From positions 1-55,611 of the forward strand of contig CAZERI010000002.1 in assembly GCA_964515545.1 (NCBI GenBank): a stretch of 55,611 nucleotides of DNA, read 5' to 3'. The stretch comes from an uncultured Gammaproteobacteria bacterium (lineage in GTDB: Bacteria; Patescibacteriota; Microgenomatia; Levybacterales; UBA12049). Positions 28,063 to 36,919 of the stretch are shown in pieces (the first letter of the stretch is position 1; every line of letters begins with the position of its first letter). Made by a program: the position numbers and the translations under genes. The notes beneath the pieces were generated by a model that was not told where the DNA came from, did not search any database, and saw only the letters and a list, made by a program, of their open reading frames with translations.

Positions 28063-28638
28063 ATGTTCGCAGATCTTATTACATCAAAATCCCGCGTCAC
28101 CCTTCTGAATGTTTTTCTTAGTACTCCATACGAAATGTATCATGTGAGGGAATGTGTGAGAAGGACAGGAGATGAGATAAATGCAGTTCGTCGAGAACTT
28201 CAATTTTTAGAAAAACACGGTATCCTCCAGAAAGAGCAGCGGGCAAACAGAATTTATTACTCGCTTGATAAAAACTATCCTTTTTATTTTGATCTCCTAA
28301 ATATTGGTGTTAAGACCATTGGGCTAGGAGATGAGGTCTTGAAAAATCGAGCAAAACTAGGCAAGATTAAATATGCTATGTTTTCTTCAAAATTTGTAAG
28401 GAGAATAAAGAAAAATCCAGATGATGTTGATTTTATGGTAATCGGAACCATTGTCTTACCTGAGCTGGCTGCACTTGTTAGAGTTGAAGAGCAGAGGCTC
28501 GGTGTGGAAATCAATTATACTGCTATGACAGAAGAAGAATTTAAATTCCGAAAGACTCGTAATGATCCTTTCATTGCAGGAATTATGGCTGGAGGGAGAG
28601 TTATGCTCGTGGGTGATGAGGAGACAATGCTTGCATGA
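28063..28638 (+). CDS. Winged-HTH protein fused to degenerate minimal nucleotidyltransferase-like domain
   Basis: N-terminal wHTH (RELQFLEKHGIL); C-terminal FSS..DDVDFMVIG resembling GS..DxD motif. Confidence 0.7.
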   Translation: MFADLITSKSRVTLLNVFLSTPYEMYHVRECVRRTGDEINAVRRELQFLEKHGILQKEQRANRIYYSLDKNYPFYFDLLNIGVKTIGLGDEVLKNRAKLGKIKYAMFSSKFVRRIKKNPDDVDFMVIGTIVLPELAALVRVEEQRLGVEINYTAMTEEEFKFRKTRNDPFIAGIMAGGRVMLVGDEETMLA

Positions 28639-29975
28639 AAAGATCATCAAATTTTCTAACAGTCCTCATCATTTTGGTTGCAGCACTTGCTCTTCTTATT
28701 AATATACCTGAGAGTGTTAAGCTTCCTTATGCCAAAGCTCCTATTAAGTTAATAAATATTAATACAGTTCTTAAACCCCTCAATCTCTCTCAAGATGTTA
28801 CATTCAAGAAAGGGTTAGATCTCCAGGGCGGAACAAGTATTACATTAAGGGCAAATATGAAAGATATCCCTGAGGATCAACGTAAAAATGCCCTAGATTC
28901 AGCTAAAGAAGTAATTGAAAGACGTATTAATTTTTTTGGAGTATCTGAGCCCCTCGTACAGACATCTCAGGTAAATAATGATTATCGTATCATTGTTGAA
29001 ATTCCAGGAGTAACTGATGTTAATCAGGCTGTAAGCCTCATCGGCCAAACTGCTCAGCTCTCATTCTGGGAGGAGGGAGCCAGTCCTTCAGCTCAAGAAG
29101 TGCAGCCAGTATCACAGCTTCCTTTAGGTGTTGCACAGATACTTGGTCCTAATGCGCGGAATACTGGATTAACAGGAAAGGATCTTAAAAAAGCAGCAGT
29201 TACCTTTAATCAGAATACAGGAGAGCCTCAGGTAGAGTTATCATTTACTTCAACTGGTACTCAAAAGTTTGCTGACATTACTAAAAGAAATGTTGGAAAA
29301 ATAGTTGGTATCGTCTTAGATAATCAGCTTATTCAGGCCCCTCGAGTTAATCAGCCTATTCTCACCGGTCAAGCAGAAATTACTGGTCAATTTACTATCC
29401 CTCAAGCAAAAGCATTACAGATTCAGCTTAATGCTGGAGCATTGCCTATCTCGCTTAGTGTCCTTCAGCAGCAGGCTATTGGTGCGACTCTTGGAGATCA
29501 AACTGTGAAGAAGAGTCTGATTGCTGGCGGAATCGGATTCCTGATTATTGTTATTTTTATGATCAGTCTTTATGGAAAGTTAGGAATAGTAGCAAGCATT
29601 GCATTAAGTATCTATACATTAATAACATTAGCTGTTTTTAGGTTAGTTCCCGTGACAATGACTCTTGCCGGGATTGCAGGGTTTATTTTATCGATAGGTA
29701 TTGCAGTTGATGCCAATATTCTTATCTTTGAGAGAATGAGAGAAGAGATGAGAAAGGGAAGGTCAGAATTTGCATCTTTAGATTTGGGATTCTCACATGC
29801 ATGGGCGTCTATCCGTGACTCCAACATTGCCAGTCTTATTACAAGTAGTATCTTAATGATTTTCGGAACAGGAATTGTAAGAGGCTTTGCCTTAACATTG
29901 GCAATTGGAGTTCTGGTATCATTATTCTCTGCAATTACAGTAACACGAACATTGTTAAAAATTGTTTATAGATAA
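28635..29975 (+). CDS. secD: Protein translocase subunit SecD
   Basis: GLDLQGG, ERRIN.FGVSEP, AVDANILIFER. Confidence 0.96.
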   Translation: MKRSSNFLTVLIILVAALALLINIPESVKLPYAKAPIKLININTVLKPLNLSQDVTFKKGLDLQGGTSITLRANMKDIPEDQRKNALDSAKEVIERRINFFGVSEPLVQTSQVNNDYRIIVEIPGVTDVNQAVSLIGQTAQLSFWEEGASPSAQEVQPVSQLPLGVAQILGPNARNTGLTGKDLKKAAVTFNQNTGEPQVELSFTSTGTQKFADITKRNVGKIVGIVLDNQLIQAPRVNQPILTGQAEITGQFTIPQAKALQIQLNAGALPISLSVLQQQAIGATLGDQTVKKSLIAGGIGFLIIVIFMISLYGKLGIVASIALSIYTLITLAVFRLVPVTMTLAGIAGFILSIGIAVDANILIFERMREEMRKGRSEFASLDLGFSHAWASIRDSNIASLITSSILMIFGTGIVRGFALTLAIGVLVSLFSAITVTRTLLKIVYR

Positions 29976-29977
29976 AT

Positions 29978-30889
29978 ATGCTAGATATAATCAAAAGAAA
30001 AAATTTATATTTTATTATTTCTCTCCTCATCATCATACCGGGGATAATTTCCCTTTTTATGTTTGGGCTTAAGCTCTCGATAGAATTTACCGGCGGATCA
30101 AGAACAACTCTTACTTTTTCAAAAAATGTTACATCAGAGACCACTAATAAAGTCCGTCAGGTATTTGCAGATAAAAAGGTAGAAGTTGCCTCTCTTCAGC
30201 CGTCAGGAAAAGATCTTATTGTGAGAGCTGCACCAATGACTGAAAAACAGGATGCAGAGATTATTAGTGATGTGAGCAAATTTGATAAAGGCGTAAAACA
30301 GGAATCATTTGAGAGTATTGGCCCCACAATTGGTGCTGAAACGACAACTAAAGCATTTTACTCAGTGCTATTGGCTTCATTCTTAATCGTTCTTTATATT
30401 GCTATTTCTTTTAGGAAAGTACCTAAGCCAGCAAGCAGTCTTCGATTTGGGATTTGTGCAATACTTGCTGTACTCCATGATGTATTAGTTGTTATTGGGA
30501 TTTTCTCAATCCTTGGACACTTCTTGCATGTTGAAATTGACAGTCTTTTTATCACTGCAATATTAACGGTAATCGGGTTCTCAGTCCATGACACAATTGT
30601 AGTCTTTGATCGGATCAGAGAAAACTTGCTACGAGTTAATGGAGTTCCATTTGGGACTATTGTTAATAACTCAATTCTTCAAACTATTGTTCGATCACTT
30701 AATACATCCCTTACTGCAATGCTGGTATTGTTCACACTCCTTATATTTGGAGGAGAAAGTGTACGGTGGTTTGTGGTGGCGTTGTTACTTGGTATAGCAA
30801 GCGGAACGTATTCATCTATTTTTAATGCTGCGCCACTCTTAGTTACCTGGCATGAATGGGATCAGAAGAGAAGGAAGAAAAAGATCTAA
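29978..30889 (+). CDS. secF: Protein translocase subunit SecF
   Basis: IEFTGG, HDVL, GFSVHDTIVVFDRIREN, RSLNTS. Confidence 0.96.
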   Translation: MLDIIKRKNLYFIISLLIIIPGIISLFMFGLKLSIEFTGGSRTTLTFSKNVTSETTNKVRQVFADKKVEVASLQPSGKDLIVRAAPMTEKQDAEIISDVSKFDKGVKQESFESIGPTIGAETTTKAFYSVLLASFLIVLYIAISFRKVPKPASSLRFGICAILAVLHDVLVVIGIFSILGHFLHVEIDSLFITAILTVIGFSVHDTIVVFDRIRENLLRVNGVPFGTIVNNSILQTIVRSLNTSLTAMLVLFTLLIFGGESVRWFVVALLLGIASGTYSSIFNAAPLLVTWHEWDQKRRKKKI

Positions 30890-30894
30890 TCTGT

Positions 30895-31344
30895 TTAAGA
30901 AAGTTCTTCGCGGACGATCTTACTGACAAGTCCACCATCTGCTTTACCTTTTGTTTTAGGCATTAAGGCTCCCATAACTTTTCCCATATCTTGTGGAGTT
31001 GAGGCACCTGTCTGAGTAATTGCTTCTTTAACAAGCGTCCTGATGTCATCTTCCCTCATCTGTTCAGGGAGATATGAAGATATCATATTCAATTCTTTTT
31101 GTTCTTTTTCTGCCAATTCAGGTCTATTCCCAGCAGTGTATTGTTCAATAGAATCCCTGCGCTGTTTGGCTTGGGTTTGGATGACATTCATCACGTCTTC
31201 TTCTGTCGCTTCGTATCCCGCACCGCCTTTATTAATTTCGTAATAATTAACAGCAGATATTATCATGCGTAAGACAGAAGTTTTCTCAGTATCCCGCGAA
31301 AGCATGGATTGCTTTAGTTCTTCTTGTAATTGCTGTTTGGTCAT
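30895..31344 (-). CDS. GatB/YqeY domain protein
   Basis: KQRRDSIEQY, YLPEQM, DMGKVMG motifs. Confidence 0.9.
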   Translation of the reverse strand: MTKQQLQEELKQSMLSRDTEKTSVLRMIISAVNYYEINKGGAGYEATEEDVMNVIQTQAKQRRDSIEQYTAGNRPELAEKEQKELNMISSYLPEQMREDDIRTLVKEAITQTGASTPQDMGKVMGALMPKTKGKADGGLVSKIVREELS

Positions 31345-31361
31345 AAGAGTATTATAGCAGG

Positions 31362-32150
31362 TTAGCCTTCATTACGAGCGAATTGGCCAGTCTCTTTTGA
31401 TTTAGAGAATAATTTTTGAAATATCCAGGTACAAATTATTATATAAATAATATTCTCTATAAGTGCAATTCCCATAAGGTGCCAGTTGATTGATGGATTA
31501 TGAATAGCTGCTCTAGCTGCTTCAAAGACATAAGTTGCTGGGAAAAGATACGCCATTTCTCGTAATGGGAATGGTAGAATACTAACAGGGAAAAAGGCTG
31601 CAGTTAATGGTTGGAATAAAAATGTTACTCCCCAGGCAAGTGCTTGGATTCTCGTACCATATCTGAATATAAGTCCGATGATAATAAGTCCAGTTGAGAT
31701 ACCAAAAAGTATCATATTAATAAAGAAAAGCAGTAAGTTACTAATGCCTAACTGAAAGATATTAAAGTGGAAAATATAGAGAGATAGGAGAGTACTTGTC
31801 AAAAAAACGATAAAGGCTTTTATCGATCCTGAAATGACAAAAGCAGCATTATACTCAACAATTGAGATTGGGCTAATAAAAAGATTACTCAGGTTACGTG
31901 CCCAAATACTCCATAAACTTCCAACAGAAATTGAGTACTGTGTGATATAAAGAAGTTGCCAGAGGATCATTCCCAAAAGTAAAGGATAAGCATTTGCAGG
32001 ATTACCCTTCCCTGACAAGTAAAGTGAAAGAAATCCAAATACTGTTATATTAATTAATGGAAAGAAGACTACGTCTACCATCACTTCAAGTGACCGTTTG
32101 GTAATGTAATATTCTTGTATAAGGATTCCTGAGATACGTCTAATTGACAT
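31362..32150 (-). CDS. ABC-2 type exporter permease
   Basis: 6-TM layout, FFPVSILP; start refined to ATG 32150 overlapping ATPase stop. Confidence 0.85.
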   Translation of the reverse strand: MSIRRISGILIQEYYITKRSLEVMVDVVFFPLINITVFGFLSLYLSGKGNPANAYPLLLGMILWQLLYITQYSISVGSLWSIWARNLSNLFISPISIVEYNAAFVISGSIKAFIVFLTSTLLSLYIFHFNIFQLGISNLLLFFINMILFGISTGLIIIGLIFRYGTRIQALAWGVTFLFQPLTAAFFPVSILPFPLREMAYLFPATYVFEAARAAIHNPSINWHLMGIALIENIIYIIICTWIFQKLFSKSKETGQFARNEG

Positions 32151-33096
32151 TTTTTCCCCTTTCTTCAAATTTACCGCGAGCAATATGCAGGAAAAAATCT
32201 TCGAGTGTAGGTTTTTTAATTTCGATATCTGTTATCCAGATATCATTTTTACTTAATCCAAAGATTAGTCCTGGTATTAATTTTTCTTGGGTTTCAATAA
32301 CAACGGTAAATTTATTTGAGAATGAATACTCTTGCTTCTCTGCAGTTAAGTATTGCTCAATTGTTTTTGTCTTGCCGTCAAAGGAAACGATAAGCTTAGC
32401 ATTTGTGATCTTCTTTGTTAAATTTAGAGGGCTATCTTCAGCAACAATATTTCCTCTATCAAGAAAAATAACTCTATCACATATTCTCGTAATTTCATCC
32501 ATATTATGACTGGTGAAAAGTAATGAGATATTTCTGGATTTCTTTAAGTCTTGGATAAGAGAAAGTGTAGTATCCGCAACATCCGGATCAAGGGAAGCAG
32601 TCGGTTCATCAAGAAGTAAGATGTCAGGATCATTTAATAAAGACTTAATAATATTTATCCTTGTTTTTTGTCCTGCAGACATATGATAGTAGATCTTATT
32701 AAGTAGATCTTCACTTTTAAAATACTCAATTAACTCCATAATTTTTTTCTTAGGGTTTTTAACAGAATATAGCCGAGCGAATACAAGGAGATTTTCCATT
32801 ACAGACATTCTCCCTTGAAGAGTATTAAAAGCAGAAGCAAAATTTATCCGCTGCAGGGATTCTTCACGATGCTTTTGGAAATCTTTACCAAAGTAGTTAA
32901 TTGTTCCTGATGTAAGACTCGTTATGCCAAGAAGCATTTGAATGGTAGTGGTCTTTCCTGCTCCATTTGGACCTAAAAATCCCACGACCTCACCTTCCTT
33001 AACTGAAAAGGATATATTATTAACAGCTGTAAAACCACTTCCAGCAGGACCATAATGTTTAACGAGATTTTTCACCTCAATAACTGATTTTGCCAT
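32140..33096 (-). CDS. ABC exporter ATP-binding protein
   Basis: [25 protein letters not shown]-terminal PTLED. Confidence 0.92.
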   Translation of the reverse strand: MAKSVIEVKNLVKHYGPAGSGFTAVNNISFSVKEGEVVGFLGPNGAGKTTTIQMLLGITSLTSGTINYFGKDFQKHREESLQRINFASAFNTLQGRMSVMENLLVFARLYSVKNPKKKIMELIEYFKSEDLLNKIYYHMSAGQKTRINIIKSLLNDPDILLLDEPTASLDPDVADTTLSLIQDLKKSRNISLLFTSHNMDEITRICDRVIFLDRGNIVAEDSPLNLTKKITNAKLIVSFDGKTKTIEQYLTAEKQEYSFSNKFTVVIETQEKLIPGLIFGLSKNDIWITDIEIKKPTLEDFFLHIARGKFEERGKNVN

Positions 33097-33103
33097 AGTA
33101 ATA

Positions 33104-33226
33104 ACTGCGGAGTATCTTTCCGTTCAGAGGAATCTAGAAGGTAGTACTGGATCTCGAATAGTTTTGCTTACAATTCATGATGTTGATCTACCCCTTCTCC
33201 TCAGAAAGGGTATGTAGCTCGGCAGT
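33104..33226 (-). ncRNA. Candidate structured 5' leader RNA (no known family recognised)
   Basis: Terminal helix ACUGC/GCAGU begins at predicted +1; two mutually exclusive pairings of AGAAGGGGUAG; see findings. Confidence 0.4.
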
Positions 33227-33232
33227 AAAATT

Positions 33233-33261
33233 ATTATACGGATTGTAAGAAGAGAATGCAA
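33233..33261 (-). promoter_or_regulatory. Sigma70-type promoter of ABC exporter
   Basis: TTGCAT-17 nt-TATAAT on minus strand. Confidence 0.7.
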
Positions 33262-33262
33262 G

Positions 33263-33703
33263 CTATACGGAGGGAGTGTTGCTTGTGTAATCAATATATT
33301 TTCTGATAGTTGCTTCAACTGTCTCGGCAAGCGGCAGCTTTAATGCTTCATCAGGGGTTAACCAATGATACTCTGATAACTCATCGTTATCGAGCTTTGG
33401 CTCATGTTGATCTGTAGTTAGCAGGTTAGCAAAATGGATGAGATGAGCTGGGCGATAAAAATCCTTGGAGTGTATCAATTCGCCTGAGAGAAGTTGAATA
33501 ATATATTTTGTATCTAAATTAGTCTCTTCTTTCATTTCTCGGATCGTAGCATCTTTTATACTCTCTCCGAGTTCGATATGTCCTCCAGGAAGGCACCACT
33601 TATTAGACCACTTGTATGATTTAACTAGCAACAATTTACCATCAGGTCTTTTAATAAGCCCGGCTGTACCTACTTCAATACCTTTTGGAAATACATCATT
33701 CAT
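33263..33703 (-). CDS. Nudix hydrolase
   Basis: Nudix box GGHIELGESIKDATIREMKEETNL; start ATG 33703 or 33715. Confidence 0.9.
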   Translation of the reverse strand: MNDVFPKGIEVGTAGLIKRPDGKLLLVKSYKWSNKWCLPGGHIELGESIKDATIREMKEETNLDTKYIIQLLSGELIHSKDFYRPAHLIHFANLLTTDQHEPKLDNDELSEYHWLTPDEALKLPLAETVEATIRKYIDYTSNTPSV

Positions 33704-35096
33704 GGGCAATCTCATGCAGTCTTTTTAGTAAATATTCTTTGGTATTTTTAGATAGATCTTCATCAACCTCCTCAAAGAGTTTTTGTAAAATTTCTCCAAT
33801 TTTTTTTCCAGGCTTCATCTGCAGCTCTTCCATAATATCGTTACCATCTATTGCCAAATCATTGATTGAGAAAGGAGCTGGAGCGAGCTGTTCCTCAACG
33901 CGCTTCTTAAAAAGTTTTAATCTCCAGCTTTCCGCAGTCTGTGTGCCACCACCAAGTCGGTCGCCGATACGCAGATCCATCATGTCTTTCACGTTTTCCA
34001 CTCCAATTCTTCTAATAAATCTTCTCACTGCACTATCAGTAATATGCTCATCAACAGTAAACATATGCCATCTAATAAGCTTAGTAACTTTTTCTCGATC
34101 TTTTCTTGAGAATCGCAGACGAGCGCAGATAGTACTTGCCATCTTACTTCCAACAATTTCATGGTTATGGAAAATCACATAGCCATCTTTGTCCTTATCT
34201 GCAACTCGGGGTTTGGCTATATCATGAATTAGTGTTGCAAATCGTACAATTGGATCTTGAGAAGGGCAAAATTTTAAGGAAAAAACATTATGTTCAAAGA
34301 CATCTGTTGTGTGATGACGGCCAGGTCTTTTCTGAGAGATATTTATTCCTTCCAGGAGTTCTGGAAGAATATATTTAAGAAGACCCGTATTTTTCAAAAG
34401 CATGATTCCATCATAGGGGTGATCACTAGTAAGAATTTTTATTAGTTCGTCACGTATTCTTTCCTGAGCTATTTTTTTGAGTAAAGGTGCATCTTCAATT
34501 ATCGCCTCAAGAGTTACTTTTTCAATAGAAAACCCAAGCTGAGTGGCGAAACGAATTGCTCGTATCAGTCGGAGAGCGTCTTCCTTAAAACGCTCGTTAG
34601 GATTTCCGACTGCTCTAATGATATTTTTTTTCAGATCTCCATGTCCTTTAAAAGGATCGATAAGCAGTGATGGAAGATCCTGTAGAGTATCAATGCTATC
34701 TTTATGAAGATTTGCCATATCGATAGCCATTGCATTGACGGTAAAATCGCGCCGAGACAGATCTTCATCTATCGTCTGCCCCCAGCTAACTTTATCTGGA
34801 TGACGGCTATCAGAGTAGCCGTGCTCTGTCCTGAAGGTAGTTACCTCAACAACTATTTGCTCAGGGGTATCCTTGTTAAGAACTATTCCTACGGTACCAA
34901 AGGTATTGTCATAAAAACTGTCAGGGAAGATTGATTGTATCTCCTCAGGAGTTGCATTGGTGGTGAGATCCCAATCTTTCACTTCTTTTTTTAGAAGCAT
35001 GTTACGGACAGATCCGCCAACAAGATAGATAGAGTAACCGCTTTTTTGAAACTGTTTGGTTATATCAATAACTGAGGCTGGAATATGTTCAATCAT
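33696..35096 (-). CDS. cca: tRNA nucleotidyltransferase (CCA-adding class II) with HD domain
   Basis: GGSVRN, DWD, RRDFTVNAMA, EDALRLIRA, ERIRDEL, HDIAK. Confidence 0.9.
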   Translation of the reverse strand: MIEHIPASVIDITKQFQKSGYSIYLVGGSVRNMLLKKEVKDWDLTTNATPEEIQSIFPDSFYDNTFGTVGIVLNKDTPEQIVVEVTTFRTEHGYSDSRHPDKVSWGQTIDEDLSRRDFTVNAMAIDMANLHKDSIDTLQDLPSLLIDPFKGHGDLKKNIIRAVGNPNERFKEDALRLIRAIRFATQLGFSIEKVTLEAIIEDAPLLKKIAQERIRDELIKILTSDHPYDGIMLLKNTGLLKYILPELLEGINISQKRPGRHHTTDVFEHNVFSLKFCPSQDPIVRFATLIHDIAKPRVADKDKDGYVIFHNHEIVGSKMASTICARLRFSRKDREKVTKLIRWHMFTVDEHITDSAVRRFIRRIGVENVKDMMDLRIGDRLGGGTQTAESWRLKLFKKRVEEQLAPAPFSINDLAIDGNDIMEELQMKPGKKIGEILQKLFEEVDEDLSKNTKEYLLKRLHEIAHE

Positions 35097-35164
35097 GAGC
35101 TTGTTTGAGATATTTGCGGTCTGGTATAGTATAGCAGATAAAAGGTGACAGATTATAAAAAATA

Positions 35165-36853
35165 ATGAAAAAGAAGTGGGATATTTTGATTCCCTCTCAT
35201 CATGCTCAGACTCCTGAGGAGATAATAGATCTTCTTCTTAAGGAGCGCAACATAACTGATAAGAAAGCAAAAGAAGAGTTCTTCACGCCTGATTTATCAA
35301 AGGTATCTATCCAAAGCGTAGGTATTGATAAGAAGCAAGTAGAGTCCACATTACTCAGATTACAGGAAGCGCTAAAGAATGAAGAGCTTATCATAGTATA
35401 CGGAGATTATGATGTCGATGGAATTACCGGAACAGCAATTTTATGGGAGACTTTAATCGCTTTGGGTTTTAAAGCCATGCCATATATCCCTCACCGGATT
35501 GACGAAGGATATGGACTATCACAGAAAGGAATAGACAATGTTCTTATTCATTATAAAGATGTAAGACTCATCATTACTGTTGATAACGGGATAGTAGCGC
35601 ATACAGCGGTCGATTATGCAAAGGGAAAAAATTTGGATGTTATTATTACAGATCATCATTTACTTGACGATTCTGAAAATCCGCCATTGGCACATTCGGT
35701 AGTCCATACAACAAAACTTTGTGGTGCAGGGATAGCTTGGCTTTTAACAAAAGAGATTGAAAAAGAATTTTCTCGATCAGATGAGACAGTAGGTAAAGAG
35801 GATGAAGATGTACATTTAGAATTAGCTGCACTTGCTACTGTTGCTGATCTTGTTCCCCTTACTCATGCTAATAGGGCAATTGTATATCACGGGGTAAAAA
35901 AACTGACTCAGACAAAGCGGTTTGGACTGGTGGAGCTTTATATGAGGGCTGCTATTGATGCAAGCCGTATCGGAACCTATGAAATCGGTCATGTGATCGG
36001 TCCTCGCCTCAATGCAGCAGGAAGACTCGAGAGTGCTATGGATAGTTTGAGACTTCTTTGTACCCGTGATAGGAAAAGAGCCAGAGTACTTGCCGAACAG
36101 CTTGATATAACTAACCAGGATCGACAGCGTATCACCCGAAGTAGTGTCGAGCATGCAATTAAGCAAATAAATCTGAGGGAGGATAATAAAAAAATTATTA
36201 TTATTTCGGATGAGTCTTATGAAGAAGGAGTTGTCGGATTAATTGCCAGTAAGCTGGTGGAGGAGTTCTATAAACCTGCAATTGTTATTGCAAAAGGGGA
36301 AAAAGTGAGTAAAGGGTCGGTTAGATCTATTAGTGGGTTTAATATCATAGATTTTCTCAGATCTAAATCTGATCTTTTTATCAATGTTGGTGGTCATCCT
36401 ATGGCAGCGGGTTTTAGTCTGGAGACTTCATCATTGGATGCTTTTAAAAAAACGTTAGAAGATTATGCTGAAGAACAAATCAGGGAAGAGCTACTCCAAA
36501 GAAAAATTAAAGTAGATATGGAGGTCTCATTTAATACTATCTCTCCTGAGTTATTCGGTATGGTTGAGAAATTTGCACCTTTTGGTATCGGGAATCCTCA
36601 GCCAGTTTTCCTTTCTCATCATGTCCTAGTGCGAGAGAAGAGAGTTATGGGAAAGGAGAATCAGCATCTGAGATTTATTTTACAGGGAGGAGAACTAGGA
36701 AAAGTACTTGAGGCTGTAGCATTTGGTATGGGAGACAGATCTCAGGAAATTAGTGAAGAAGATTATATAGATATTGTGTATACAGTAGATCAAAATGAAT
36801 GGAAAGGGACCACCCGACTTCAGTTAAAAATTAAAGATTTTGATAAAAGTTAA
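35165..36853 (+). CDS. recJ: Single-stranded DNA exonuclease RecJ
   Basis: YGDYDVDG, TVDNG, TDHH, GPRLNAAGR, GGHPMAAG. Confidence 0.96.
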   Translation: MKKKWDILIPSHHAQTPEEIIDLLLKERNITDKKAKEEFFTPDLSKVSIQSVGIDKKQVESTLLRLQEALKNEELIIVYGDYDVDGITGTAILWETLIALGFKAMPYIPHRIDEGYGLSQKGIDNVLIHYKDVRLIITVDNGIVAHTAVDYAKGKNLDVIITDHHLLDDSENPPLAHSVVHTTKLCGAGIAWLLTKEIEKEFSRSDETVGKEDEDVHLELAALATVADLVPLTHANRAIVYHGVKKLTQTKRFGLVELYMRAAIDASRIGTYEIGHVIGPRLNAAGRLESAMDSLRLLCTRDRKRARVLAEQLDITNQDRQRITRSSVEHAIKQINLREDNKKIIIISDESYEEGVVGLIASKLVEEFYKPAIVIAKGEKVSKGSVRSISGFNIIDFLRSKSDLFINVGGHPMAAGFSLETSSLDAFKKTLEDYAEEQIREELLQRKIKVDMEVSFNTISPELFGMVEKFAPFGIGNPQPVFLSHHVLVREKRVMGKENQHLRFILQGGELGKVLEAVAFGMGDRSQEISEEDYIDIVYTVDQNEWKGTTRLQLKIKDFDKS

Positions 36854-36864
36854 GGCTTTTATGC

Positions 36865-36893
36865 TTGTCATCCCGGCTATTTCCATGTATCAT
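36865..36893 (+). promoter_or_regulatory. Promoter of aspS
   Basis: TTGTCA-17 nt-TATCAT with TG extension. Confidence 0.55.
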
Positions 36894-36919
36894 ATGCACC
36901 AGTTGGGTAGTTTTGTAAT

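Noticed and set aside
33104-33226. Resemblance of this leader to known RNAs (GGGTATGTAGCTCGGCAG like the E. coli 4.5S 3' end; CUGAGGA hammerhead core; UUCC..GGAAAGAU like SAM-I; 5S-like length)
   Set aside because: No SRP domain IV CAGG..GGAA..AGCAG motif, no stem II-GAAA geometry for a hammerhead, no SAM-I 5' AUC..AGA core, and no 5S CCGAAC. Kept only as an unassigned candidate.
33685-34182. 165-aa plus-strand ORF
   Set aside because: Antisense to the well-supported cca gene; Ser/Leu-rich composition typical of shadow frames.
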